Positions 47,278 through 61,013 of a stretch of 64,000 nucleotides of DNA are shown here, piece by piece. The notes below the pieces were generated by a model, which saw nothing but the letters and a program-made list of their open reading frames with translations, did no database searches and had not been told where the DNA came from. Origin of the DNA: Azolla caroliniana (taxonomy: Eukaryota > Plantae > Polypodiophyta). The position numbers were made by a program, and so were the translations under genes. Location: NCBI GenBank assembly GCA_043228905.1, contig JBHGNT010000011.1:20212001-20276000 (forward strand), written 5' to 3'. How positions within the stretch are numbered: position 1 is the stretch's first letter; every line of letters begins with the position of its first letter.

Positions 47278-49125
47278 TTCACAAAAAAAATGTCCCATAA
47301 GCTTTGTGATCTAGCCGATATGTAACCCAACATGAATCCCCTGCCATGATCACATTGCATTATGTCACATAGAAATCGAGAAGTTATGGGTCATCCACAT
47401 CATGGGGAGAACATTTACTTGATTGAATCACTATGTATATGATAAGTGGTCTCCATAGGGGCAAGTGTCGAGTTAAAATCTATCCTTGTTCCCTTGGGGT
47501 TTTGTTTAGACACATTAATGGGGCATATGTGCAATTTATTGGGCCCATACATTTGTGGAGTTCCTTTTCCAACACTTAAAATGGGTTACATGTTCAACAA
47601 GTTCCTTTTGATCCTAGTACTCAGATCACAAACTTTTGTTTTCCCTTTAATTATGAATCATTTGGACAAAAACTTAGGGTTTTTTTCCACTCAATCTAAA
47701 TGATACATACTAATGCATTTGAAAATATGGGATGTGATGTGATGCCAACTCTAATCATGTTCAGTAATATGTTAACGATGTTGCATTGGAGTTTATTATA
47801 GCCAAATTATCTTCGCCTCAGTACAACTTAATTGGATTCCTCCCTTTACATTGGTCATATGTGACCAAAATAAAAATCATGGGTGGCCAAAATAAAGGAC
47901 ATATAGATGCATAACTTACTAACCTGAGCTTGAGATATTAGCAATCAAAAACTTATCTTCCAATTGGGCACAAAGACACATGCAAATGGTTTAAGGAATG
48001 GAATGTGGCAACACTACTCAATGCATAGATGGTATACTCAAGGCAAGCATCAATACATACTTTACAAATATACTCACGACCAAATGGAATGAAGATTGCA
48101 ACACTTACTACACACTCACTTTTATCCAGCATTCTAGGATCCACAAAAGGAGATCACGAGACACACCCAACTACATTTTCTTGCCTCCATCCCCGTTAAT
48201 GCAAGAAGAGCAATCATCCTCGTCCATTCTTGTGGTCATGATCCTGAAAAAAAGAATGGCACTTGGAATGGGCTAGGTAGCGCAAACCACATAAGCACGC
48301 CATAGTTGGCCTATTAAGTATTCCAAGAACAAGGGCATCTCACGTTACCATGTGAAGCATTCGTAAACATTTGACAATGATTATGACCATCAATTACCTC
48401 AAAGGGTTGACTTGACATAATTTCTCCAACCTAGGCACGATATAGCATTGCCATCACTTAAAACATATAATGAAATGTGGGAAAATTCACGAACACGTGT
48501 TTCTAGCCTCCCAAGGATGTTAAAATATCATCCTCATAATCTATCTCCTTTTCTTCGGTCCTCTTTCTCTCTCTCACTCATGTCTCCCTAAGTCACCTCT
48601 TCGTTTGTTTATCAATTCAAATATCTTTTAATCTCATAAATTTAATCATTGCTTGTCCGGAATGTAGGTGCCAATGTTTGGACAATCAATGTTCAACCTC
48701 CCTTTGCCAAAAAACTTGACAAACTGGTTTGGTCACACTGCATTGATCATAATCAAAGTTCGTTTTTTCCCTTCTTTTTTGTTGGGGTTTGTTTGTTTGT
48801 AGCTTGATGACAGGCCATATGTTACTACCCAATGCACATATATTATCTTTAGTTCTCACTCCCTAATCATCTCTTTAATCACTCTCACTTTCCCTTAATA
48901 ATCTCATTAATCTCTTTCCACATTCTTAATCACTCTCTCGTTCTCGTAATTATTTCGCTAATATTCTCTGTTTCTCGTAATTATTTCTCTAATCACTCTT
49001 GCTTTCTCTCTCAATTATTAACTCACTAACCTCGCCGTCTCGTCCTCACAACGAGACGCGGATAGAGAAACAGAGGCACAGAGACCCAGACCCAGACCCA
49101 GACCCAGCGACTCAGAGACGTAGCT

Positions 49126-52100
49126 ATGGAAGACGCTCGCCAGATATTGCTCCAAGCTCTAGATCACGCAGGCATTCCCCTCCCTCCCGAAGCACAGTCT
49201 GTTAACGATCTCTTGTCCCCTTCATCCCTTGTCTCCATCTCTCTGGCATCTCTCTCTTTCATCCATGGATTTCAACCTCTCCGCCCTCTACCTAGTTCTT
49301 TCTCTGAATCATCCATGTCCGAACGGTTTCGTTTGTGCAACGATCTCGCTTCCGCCATCAAAGGTCTTGGGTATGGTGGAGATCTCACCTTTCAACAAGT
49401 AAGTAAACCACGCATCGAGTCTCGAAATGTAGCAGTTTGTTTTGTGCATTTGTTGATAAATTTCCAAGTATCCATTTCGATCTTTATTGATTCATTAATG
49501 TCTTTACTGTTGTTTACGGGATATACATTTTTTGATTGATTAGTTTCGACTTTCCTAGGAAAATTCGCAACTGTTTGATAGAAATACATGAATCATAATA
49601 GAATCTAGGCTTCGTGAATTTAGGACTTCGTGTTGATTAGATATAAAACAGTTCCATCGGTAAATTCTTCACCGTGTCATTTGTTCGTTTTCTTTTCAAA
49701 TAAGTGTTTTTTTGCATATAAAAACTGCCGTTTTTTATAGCCTAGCTGTTTACGGTCAAAGTGAATTGCCTTGTACTATCTACCAGTAACTAGGATAAGT
49801 CTAAGAAATCTAGGGTTTCGTGTGTTCAGAACTGTGTGCTGGTTAGGTATTGAATTAGAAAGAATGCATATGCAGGTCTGTATTGGTGATGACTCGTGGT
49901 GCTGGACATGCAGTTTCTTTACCCTTCAGAGGAGGAGACTCACAAACTTCTACGTTTTCTGCTCGATAACATTGCAAAATGTTCTGATAGTGATCGTGAT
50001 GGACGAAAGATGCATGAAAATACAGCTTCTGGAGCCAAGTCAGAGAATAGTTTGATTTCTTCAGCGTTAGCTCTTAATATAGAAGAATCCTCATCTATTG
50101 AAAATCGATTGAAACTTGCTTCACTGGAAGAAAAAGAAGAGTTGGCCACAAGCACTACTTTGGTTGTAAGGGATCTTGTACAAGATTCCCTTGAAGAAGC
50201 TGGTTTAAGTCATGATGTTGCTGTAAGGACTTCTTTATCTCCTATCATGGGGGCGGTTGATGGTGCAATATTAACCCAGGAAAGTGATGTGGTGCTTATG
50301 CAGAAGCATATTGTACAAGACAGTGGAGATGAAGAAAAAACAGTACTTGCTTCTTCAGATGACCTTAATGAAAGTCAACTCAGTGGCCTTGAAGAGAGAC
50401 TCCACAGCATGTCATTTGAAAATGTGAAGGTATTTTCTACCTTTTTGAATAATCGAAGTCATTTAAATGTGACTAACAGAGGCTGTAATACACATGTGTA
50501 GGTACTTGAAAATGCTGAAAGACATTTATGTATGTTATAAGTATAACTTGTTGATGCTACAGAAGCCTGAAACGTTTGTGTACTTAATTATAGCTAACAA
50601 AAGAAATCACGGATTTGGAGAGACACCTTGTCAATCTGGAGGTTGAGAGTGAAGCCTCGGCTAAGCAACTCGCCCTTCTGAAAAGAGATTATTATGTATT
50701 GGAAAACGCTGCAGATATAGCCCTTGATCCTTCAAAGGACGAGGAGAGCAAAGTGAAGGAATTAATGAATGCCATTGACAATAGCCGTCTCCAACTTAGT
50801 AACTTGAATACAAATTGGTATGAGATTCTGAACTATGTTTCTCTAGCTATACGGTTTTAAACAAGTTTGAAAGCTCTACATGACCCACTATTCATTTAGA
50901 TATGTAGCATTATCAGTACCACAGATCATTTTATGAATTCTAGAATTAGATCATAAATAACAAGTAGCCCTCTTATTATTTCAAGTAGCCTTCTGATTAT
51001 TTAAATGCCAAAAGGCAGGTCTCCGTTTTATAAAATTTGAAAAATTCGAAAACACATTATCATTGCAAAAATAGATAAGACACACTATTAAGTTTTGATA
51101 TTGATAAGGCATGTGGATAAAAAGATAATTGTGAAATTGTTGAAGTACTATCCGTGAGATAAAAAATGTATCATGCAATGTATGTTTGCGTTCTGTACAC
51201 TACAATTATATGTACTGTGTGTGTGCATAAACTTATTGATGCATATCAATCAAAGAGGTCATCTATCAATTGATATAATAGAGTTAGATTTCATCCATTG
51301 GTCTTGGAAGCTGGCCATCTTTTTATGACTTGAATATCTTTAGACTTTGAGACAAGACTTTTAGAATGACGTCGAGGATATTTCTGCTCAACTCTTAGCT
51401 ATGCTTCTTGATGCATATGTTCTTGTCCCTGAAGTGTTTTTCCTCTGAGAAATGCCAAATATACTATCATTCCTTCTGAGCATTACAAGCTAGTCTTAGT
51501 CCAGATGGCTGCTTACATTGGTTGCTAGGTTTTATTCACACTTTTGACATGCAGGCCATATATAATCTTGGTGTTTGCTCAATATCTTCTATCCTAACTT
51601 GGGTATTGAAGGCGTTGTAATCGGGCATTGCTTGCTACTCTTGTCAAATGTGACCATACCTGAAAGACAAAATGATTTTTCGTTGGTTACCACAACTCTT
51701 CATGTCTGTTATGTATTCTTTACTCGTAACTTAATTTATCTTAGAATGTTACAGACTACATTTCCTGACAGCAACTGATCATAAGTCTAAATACTTTCTT
51801 ATCTATGCTATCTCAGTCTCAGTTTTGTTTTGGGCGGGCAACAGTAGCTATACGCATCTACACGTACATTCTCATTTGCTTCAATGTTAATGGTTTTTTC
51901 AATTCATTTTAGGGAAAATACTTTTAAGGAGTTACAGAACGAAAAAAGTCATCTGGAGGCATCTGCTACGAACACTAGGGAAGAGATACAGATGAAACTA
52001 AAACAAATGAAGGAGACTCATGAAAAAATTGAGGAATTGACTGTCATGTCAAAGCACGGGTTTGCAATAGCTTCGTTAGTTTTTGTTTTGAGATATTGGT

Positions 52101-52971
52101 GAAAGTCTTTACCTTTGATGATGTTTACCTTGATCTATCTCAATGAAACAGAGAAGTACAGCTAGCGTCCTTGACCATGGAACTTGAGCAGTCTACAAAA
52201 GGACCTTCAAGGAGTTCCTATATCAAACGAATTACTGAGCTGATTAAGAACAGCAAGAAGCAAGACATTGATATATCTCAAATTATTGAGGAAATTCGAG
52301 GTCTGCAACGTGAAAGCAATGCTAATCAAGGTCGACTTAAGCGTACATATGCTCTTGTAGATGAGCTTGTGTTCAGGTAACATGTGGTATGCTCTGAATA
52401 TCTCAGAGATGAAGTTTAATGAGATAAGCTCTGGAATACCCTTTTGTTTTCTTTATTTCTCCAAATGTCCCATGTCAACCCCAAAAGAGAAAATGAGGAT
52501 GAATTGATCATATAATTGCCCAAATAGTGTGTATAATTGAGAAAATAGAAGGAATTAACCTTATTATTGCTCAAATAGTGTATATATTGTTCCTTTAGAG
52601 ATTGAGCAAGGGCTTATGGGGATATCATGAAAACGCAAGAGGCATTCGGAAATAAAGAAAAACTGAAGGGTATCTCAGAGTTTTTTCCTAGTTTCTTTAC
52701 ACAAGCTTGAGAGACTGATGTAGCAACCTTCATTTGTAGGGATGCTAAGAGAGAATCACTTTCCCGTCAAGCATATAGATTTTTAACAAGTCTTCATGAG
52801 AACTTTTCTGAGTGTTACGACAAAGTTTTTTTGATTGATAAAATTCAAAAAGAGATCTCTGAGCTGCAAGAGACAATAGAGTCATTAGAGAAAAGACCCA
52901 TTGATCTAAAGAAACTGCAAGCGGACATTGATTGTATAGTGGCTGAAAATCTCTCTTTACAGAAGGGCTAG
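49126..52971 (+). CDS. CCDC22: CCDC22 (CCC/Commander endosomal recycling complex), ~538 aa; exons 49126-49398, 49914-50429, 50594-50817, 51913-52059, 52152-52376, 52740-52971
   Basis: N-terminal MSERFRLCNDLASAIKGLGYGGDLTFQQFLYPSEEETHKLLRFL and C-terminal RSSYIKRITELIKNSKKQDIDI...RTYALVDELVFRDAK...AYRFLTSLHENF. GT-AG junctions in frame (1617 nt). Confidence 0.92.
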
Positions 52972-54659
52972 AATGAGTTTGATAATTAAGACTAGGATGC
53001 TTTGCATGAAATTGGAAGATAGAATTAGGATGTGCTATTTATTTTTTGATAACAAAAGTCTTTGCTTAAGATGATAAATAAATGAGTTCTAAGAAGATTT
53101 TATATACTAGGGGAAACAATGTAATTCATATGAACGAGAAAATGGCAATGTACTCTACAAAACATTCATGTATATCGAGCAAGATTTCTATTGGTGAGAT
53201 TTGGATTTTTTATTCGTAAGGAAAGCTTTGATGTACTATGTGTTAGATATGGTGGAATATCTGGGGGTCAGATGTCCTAGAGCTGCGTAAATTAATGTTA
53301 ATATCTTCATATTATATCTGTGATAGGGTGATATCTCATGATCAAAAGAACTAGGATATAAATTATATGAGATATTTGCAAGATCGTTACATATAAATTT
53401 TGTTGGCTTATACTTGCAAATGTTTTCATTTGAAAAACTATGGCAAAATGTCTTATTTTAATGGAATGGAACTTCATCCATGGAAAACTGGAGTATTGTT
53501 TTGTAGCTCATCGATTTTGTTTTGTAAGCAGTCAAAATGAAGTGTAAATTTCATCATCCTTGTCCTGTATATTGATTGTTTATATTGTCTGCTTATCATT
53601 GGTTAATCATTTAGAAAAATTAAGGCTTTTTACTTATACTATTGTAATTGAGACGTGAGGATGTTAAGTTTGTAACAATATAGATTATTTTAGAAGTAAA
53701 AAGAGGTTAGAAATTAAAAAAATCCAATCATTTTTCTGCAATAAAATGATAAAATGTTTAAGATCCTAGAAAACAGCACCATTCTCCTTGTAAAATCTTT
53801 CAGTTCTGCACTGGTTGCAAAAAATTTAGGCTCAATGAGATAATGGAGTACCAGTTTTAACCTAGAAAAAATTATTAGAGTGCACATTAAAGCTTAAAGC
53901 TAGAGACTTTTAAGATGCAATTCCCACTGGAGATTTTTTAGCAACATGGTTGCTAACAAAGGGATTTCATTAAAAGAAGCAAATAATTATATTAATGCTC
54001 TGCTAGAATAGTGGTGCTTACATAAGAATAGTTGTTCTTGTCTAAGTTCACTAAAAGTTCTAAGATAAACATCGGTCATTGCTTGCTATATAAAGACACT
54101 TCTAGCCTTCTTTTATAATTTGTCCTCTAACGTGATGATGTTGAACTTCTATATGTTTTGCATCACATAAGCTTAGATGGTACATGATAGTAATTTCATT
54201 AACACATATAGTAATAGAAATTTCACAAGAGATAAATCAAAGCCAAAGAAGCCCTAATGTTGCTTAAAATATGGCTTTATATTGAACACTCGTATGTTGT
54301 AATTGAAGTATGGTGCTAGATTCCATTATGGGCTTAGGGAGAGTTACTTGTCCAATTGGTTCATTTGGAACATAGATATACCTATTGGAAGGCATATTTA
54401 TTGACTCGTATGACCCTAATGTTGGGTCCAAACCTTTTAAAGTTTCCTAGTGCACGTGAACATCATTTTATAATAGGATGTGGACATGTGTTCTATCTAA
54501 TGATTTTAATGATTACTCATAATTTATGTTGGTGACTATCAAAAATTGGGTGCATTGAAGGTGATAATACATGAGCTTAATATTTTATTGATTGCAATGA
54601 TAGTTTGGATAGACATATTCTTTTTCAATGCATGAATAATTGAAATTTATTTGAAATTG

Positions 54660-56231
54660 TTGGGGTTCATTGTCAGCCCCCCCAAACGGCATGGATTCTA
54701 AACATGGATCTCAAACCTAGTTTCTCCCACCAATTGGAGGATAGATTCAGTGCATCCATGTGGAAGGCATGATGTGACATTAGACGAGGGCTCAAGTGCA
54801 ATCACCCGAGTTCCGAACCTGCCTGGCTCAGTCAACGTATCATATGGAACCCATGTATCAAGGATGAATCTAATCAACTACTAGGATCACGTAAGGGTTT
54901 GTCATGGGGATACATTGCAGAAGGTCCAGGAAAAAGTATAGAATGTTGGTGACAGTTTATGTCACTGCCACTACAAGATCAAGCCAACATACTCCATGGA
55001 ATCAGGGGCGGATGGACTATGAGATTGGAAATCATTAATGCTCTACTAATTAGGGAAACTGCTACTCAAAGGACGACAATGGAGAAATGGATAGACCATG
55101 AGGAGGGATCTCTGATCCCGAGAGGTAGGGGAACACCAAACAGGATCGAAGGCTTTGAATTGCGAGACACTGAAACACCAACACAGAATAACGCAATTCG
55201 AGTACTCGCGTATATTGGTCATAAATGGATTGTAGATCCTGATCTGCTCAAAGTACAACCCGATTGGCACATATGTACTCATGAAAACACATGGCTACGT
55301 AAGGCCAGCTGGGACCCTCTGCAATGGACATGGTGGGATCCTTACGCAGGGCAAGGAAGCAAACCCATCCCTTTCTTCCAATTCACAACGAGATTGGGTC
55401 GCCACATTCTAGCTGCTCAAACCGCCCGAGAGCTGGTTGCTGCGAAGGTCTAGCACACATTTCAAGTTCCTCCCACAATTATCACCAAGTTTTGGCAGAA
55501 AATCTGGAAACAACAACACGCGAGGCGAATTACCACGTTCGAATGACAATTAATAGATAAATCCCTACCGGTGGGAGCATGGCAATGTGGGAACCTTAGC
55601 TCTCCTAATTGTGTAGAGTGCCCAAATGTAGTAGAATCAATACAACACGCTCTATGGGACTGCCCGACGTCCCATCGAATATGGCGGGGGGTTGGCCGCT
55701 TGTTGCAATTATGCCATGTGCAAGGCTCCATCAAGTGGGGAAATATATGTTGGCTATCATGGCAAACCCTAGTTGGCAGATACGAGCATCATGATGAGGG
55801 GATGACTTTGGTGATAAAAGCAAAAGAGGTTTTTTCTCCACCAGCGGCAATGTCCACTCAACTCCTCCTAATGACAAATCTCAAGCTGTGTTGGAATTGG
55901 TCAGCCCAATAACTCTTTAGATTCTATGGAAACAACGGTGTAAACAGGTCTTCTCTAACCAAACCGTGCATCCAACAAGGTTACTGCAAGAGATATGGAG
56001 TGAAATTGTAGCTACTCTAAAGAGCCAATATGATGGCCTCAAGGGTGGCTCTGATGGAGTTGAAAGACAACGAATAACCTTCATCCAACAATGGTCGTCC
56101 TCTCCCTTTCTTGAGTTAGTGGGCATCCACATAAGATGGAACTATCCCTTCCCTACAGGGATTTGTACATAATTGTCTCAATTGTAAAAGTTTATAACTA
56201 ATGGAATGAGTTTTTTTTTGGAAAAAAAAAA
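54660..56231 (+). mobile_element. 5'-truncated L1-like LINE ORF2 3' end
   Basis: Zinc-binding (zf-RVT-like) motif CVECPNVVESIQHALWDC, followed by ILWKQRCKQVFSN. In-frame stops and frameshifts; A-rich tail at ~56222-56231. Confidence 0.75.
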
Positions 56232-59200
56232 GATAAATAAATAAATCTTTCGTGTGACAGAACATGTCAACTTACTGTTGATTGGAAAATATCCTTCGAT
56301 GCAATGATTTCTCTAATTCACTCACTCCATGATATATCAACAAAATGAGCTTGCAACCACCTCAATCACCACTCATCCTTTCACGACAACTCTTGCAACT
56401 ACTTCACCACCCAATCTATCATCATGATACCCTATACTTAACCTCATCTCTCTCTCTCTCTCACTCTCTCTCTCTCATCATGAACTTAAGACTTTGCTCA
56501 CCTCACTACATATCACCCAAAGTCTATGGAGCCAATGCACCCAAGAAGAATGAACTCATTAGATAGGAGGATTGTTTGCTATTTATCCACCAAAATCTCA
56601 TGTTATATGTTATGGTCCAAGTACTCACTAAAGACCCCTTGGAGATGTAGAACAATAGGTAAAGTGAGGTAAACGTCTTAATAGGGCATATATATAGTAT
56701 CTATAAACTCTTTTATGCCCACCAAAGTTTTACATTAATATGAATGGAATCATGTTAAATAGCGAAGAATGATAAAGGTGAAACCATAAATCTTTTGTAC
56801 AAGTTTTTCCTCGTTCTTATCTTTATAGCTTCGGTTTGAGCTTTTCTCTTCTACTCCTTTATCACTTTCTTAATTCCAATTTCTAAGTATAAATAAACTT
56901 GTAGTTATTTGAGTGTATTGATGGAAGGTACGTTGTATTGGTCATTTCCCATGTCTTCGATTTTGTAATAAATGTTTTCGAGTGCATGTGGGGTTTCCAA
57001 GGTGTTTGTGCAACCCAAGTAAAGAAGAGCACCCAAAGGAACATGTCCATCATAACAACACCAAAAAGACTATGTAAGTTCAATGAGGTGTTTTCTAGCC
57101 ACTAAACTTTACTCGAGTTGTTGTTTATTCTCCAATATGGGTCATTGTCTAGGGTTGAAACATTATCTACACTCTTGTAGGCAATACGGGCAAAGGACAT
57201 TCTCATATCCCCCAACAATCAAGTTAGACTTTGCAAACCCTTGAATATCACATCATTATTTATAGTGTCTGTATTTATCTACCTAAACCTAGTACTAATT
57301 TGGATTGATAGAATCTTTCTTCATCCCAATATATTTAGTGTTCTTAATTTTGTTCACGCTTTATTCAAAACTATACAAAATAAATCTTGCATTTCCCATG
57401 TCTCATTCTAAAAGTTTACCAAAACCATCGTCATTATCTAAAAGCCTGCTTTCATGAAGACACCATAACTTGCCCTCCTACTATCTAGATTATTACTTCA
57501 TGTCTTTGTGTATAATAAAGCATATGTTTTTCATTAATAACTTTTGTTGTGGCAACTTGTTAACAAAGGGGAATGACCATAAATTACATGTGCTTTTCCA
57601 TCACTCTTGCAAGTTCAAGGTCATAGAAACTAATTTCCGATTTATTTTTTTTGCCAATAATAGACTCAATGTCATCTCAAGGTGTTTGCACTAACTGCAT
57701 GTATTTGTACCACGAAGTTATACCTCTATGTCAATATTGTAATATAGAGGTTTAGGATCTCCATATTCCTTATTGATGGCAAGTAAGGCAAATGTGATTG
57801 TCGCTAACTTTACATATCCTAACCTCACAAAATCTTACTTGCCTCCCACAAATACAACTCTAATCAATAAGTTAAATAGTGAGTTGTAAAGTCATAAGAG
57901 TTAGAGACATACATGAAAAAAAGAAACTACGAGTAATGACATCAACCGTGCTTTGATTAAAAAGAGGAACGAAAAAGTAATTAGGGTTTACTTTAATAAC
58001 ACCCAACACTAATCACCCACCCACGAGTATGAGAGAGAGAGGTAGAGAAAGCTCTAACTTAAGTTAAAGTGAGAAAACAACTCAAGGTTCGAGAAGAATA
58101 ACCAACAAGGCGCAAAAATGATTTCTTTGGTTCCTTTATGATGAGATTGTCTCGTTCCACATTAGGGTGGCCCTTAAGCTTGAATCTATAGAACTAAGTC
58201 TATGATGTTCCCTTTCACTTGGTCGCACAAGTGGTCCTTGGTACTGATGCCAATGTCTTCACAGTGTATGTGTGTGTTACGTAGGCCAAGTACTTAACAA
58301 ACTCTTTCTATGAGTGCCAACATCTTTTGGGAGGATTTCCTCACTAAAAACACTATTTACATTGATCATCAAAATGTAGAGTACTTTAGAGGTAGTTGAG
58401 TTCTCCATCATCGCTGAGCTCGATACCATAATCAACTTCTTTCTCACATTCAATCTATGATCAAGTATTTGGTTTGTCTCGCCCATAATCACTCGACGGA
58501 AAATTACATGTTTTGTCTCATTGATCATGTATTTGTATTAGGTGATCATACATATGAACAACAATAATCATTGATGGTTCTAGGTTTGGATCCTTTCCAA
58601 CTTCTAGTCAATATAACATAGATTGAAGCCCCCCTTGACATTTCCTTGTCGAAGCATATTCATGCCTCTCCCACATTGGACCCATTATCTGAATGTTCAT
58701 TTTTACACATCACTTCAACTTTGTGATTATAATCGTTCACCTAATAATACATAATGGTATTTTATTCTGCAATACGCTTTTACATGTTCTAGATAGGCTT
58801 CTAATCTCCAAGTTTTCCAAGCTTGTTATGATACTATGATAGATAGACATTTTGGTGTGTCTAGGACTCTTGAATGCTTTTATTAAGGCATCTTATTTGT
58901 CGCGTGATATATATTGGCAAGTGAAATCTTGGAGGCATTGGCCCATGAATTTCTACAAGTGTGATAAATTGTAGCTAGACCTTGGAACTTGCTGAAGGGT
59001 TTTGCAACCATCGGCCATTCAATTTGTTCCTTTGTCCAAGTTGCATCGAACCACCTTGTTTTTGCCGACCACAACACTTGGGCCCTAAGGGATCCCTAAA
59101 AAGGTACAACAAGCTTCTTGATGTTTTTGACAAAAAGAATGTTGGCATCCAATTGTATGACTATACAATGGATCTAGATGAAGGGAATGAGAATATACAT

Positions 59201-59929
59201 AGCAATGTACTAGTTTGGAACGTGGGCAACTAACATGTGACACGATGGACTAACTAATAGACTATAGTGTGTATTGAAGAATGTTGTTCATTTCATTACA
59301 TGGCAAAGTCAAGATTATCTCGAAATGTTTGTAATGGATGTTGCAATTGCATGAAGAAAAGCAAAGAGTGTCGTTTTGCCTAGTGATCCAAAAAACGTCC
59401 CCACCACCGACGAAATAGTGGCATTTGCCAAGCTCATGGCTAATGTAAATAATCCATGCCTTTATCTTCATAGTTGACAAGAGGTTGGTAGAAGAAATCT
59501 CATGGTGATTAAATGGTGGAAGTTGACCTTGAATTTTACTTTAGAAGAAGCGCACTAGAGCGTAAGTGTTTTTGATAACCAAAACTTCTATATGGACATC
59601 AAGTAAGAGTGTGGTGGTGGTTAAATTTGGAAATTAGATTTTATGGAGAGTGTTTTTGTATCTTTTATGGTGTCTCGATTCTAAATATAAAACATCAGAG
59701 CATCCAACTATTAAAACATAACTACTTGTATTATCTATTTAGGATAAAACATACAATAAACTTGTTTGGAGAAAAGAAAAAAGAAAAAAGAAAAAAGAAA
59801 AAAGAAACATAAAACAAAACTCACTCTTTTTTGTATGTCTAGAGAAGTGAAAGAAACACTCGACGGGTAAGAGAGGCTCAAAACAATATGATTGGTCGGA
59901 TGAAGGAGAGGAAGGATCGACCATGGGTT

Positions 59930-60030
59930 TCTGGGAGCCGTCAGATGTGACGTGGCGCAGACGGTGAGAGATCTAGCGAAACAAGAGTTCGAGAGTTCAA
60001 AATTTGAATCTCTCGCAGAGAGGGTTCCTT
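59930..60030 (+). promoter_or_regulatory. Histone/cell-cycle promoter elements
   Basis: TGACGTGG at 59948-59955 (reverse of the CCACGTCA histone hexamer), MSA/nonamer-like AGCCGTCAGAT, and inverted CHR-like TTCAAA-A-TTTGAA. Confidence 0.55.
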
Positions 60031-60166
60031 TTCCCGCTCTTTCTGCGACGCATAAAAACGCAGTCTGCAGTCGCCATATCCATCATCACACTCATTCTCA
60101 TTACTTGCCTCCCTGCTCCATTGCCCCTATCTTTGCCGTTGTCTTCATATTTTCTGTAGCGTAGCC

Positions 60167-60604
60167 ATGGATTCTGTAACTAAGAGCAGCAAGGGAGGCC
60201 GCGGAAAGGTCCCCAAGAAAAAAGGAGTATCCAAGACTGTCAAGGCTGGCCTCCAGTTTCCCGTTGGCAGGCTCGCTCGCTACTTGAAGAGAGGGAGGTA
60301 TGCCAAACGCGTCGGATCTGGAGCTCCTGTCTACCTTGCTGCCGTCTTGGAATACCTCGCTGCAGAGGTTCTCGAGCTCGCTGGAAATGCTGCGCGAGAT
60401 AACAAGAAGAATCGTATCATCCCTCGCCACATCCAGCTCGCAATTAGGAATGATGAGGAGCTAGGAAAGCTGCTTTCTGGTGTCACCATCGCCTATGGTG
60501 GCGTTCTTCCTAACATCCATCAAGTTCTGTTGCCTAAGAAGACGGCGGAAAAGGCTGAGAAAGCTCCCAAGCCTTCGAAGCAACCTAAGAAGGCTGCCGC
60601 TTAA
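60167..60604 (+). CDS. H2A: Histone H2A, H2A.W/H2A.M-like variant, intronless, 145 aa
   Basis: Canonical core AGLQFPVGR...[29 protein letters not shown]...VLLPKK. W-type features [15 protein letters not shown] and extended tail [11 protein letters not shown]; no SQEF motif. Confidence 0.95.
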   Translation: MDSVTKSSKGGRGKVPKKKGVSKTVKAGLQFPVGRLARYLKRGRYAKRVGSGAPVYLAAVLEYLAAEVLELAGNAARDNKKNRIIPRHIQLAIRNDEELGKLLSGVTIAYGGVLPNIHQVLLPKKTAEKAEKAPKPSKQPKKAAA

Positions 60605-60793
60605 ATTTACTGTGTCTGTACTCGTAAAGGTGTTTTTGAACACCACCTTTTCTCTACGATTTTATCGCTGTATTTTTTGTCTTGTTTGATTATTGTATAT
60701 TGTTGTAATGGGGTGATATCACTGCGCGTTGAGTCTTGTAGAGAATTCACTATTTTCTGCGTCATTCGCCAATGTTTTAGGTTCTGTCTCTTA

Positions 60794-61013
60794 TCTAGTG
60801 TGACAATGCATGCGATGGAAAGTTCTAATTGTGAGTTTCCAACCCTAAGACGATGGTGAGTTATTGGTGCGTAGAGTAAGTATGAATTTTCTAGTGTGAC
60901 AATGCATGTGATTTAGTGTGACAATGTATGTGATGGAGAATTCTAATTGTAAGTTTCCAACCCTAAGATGACGGTGATATATTGGTGTCTAGAGCAAGTA
61001 TGAAATTTCTAGA
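60794..61013. repeat. ~100-bp tandem duplication downstream of H2A
   Basis: TAGTGTGACAATG...TTCTAATTGT..GTTTCCAACCCTAAGA...AAGTATGAA.TTTCTAG present twice, plus a partial third start. Confidence 0.88.
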
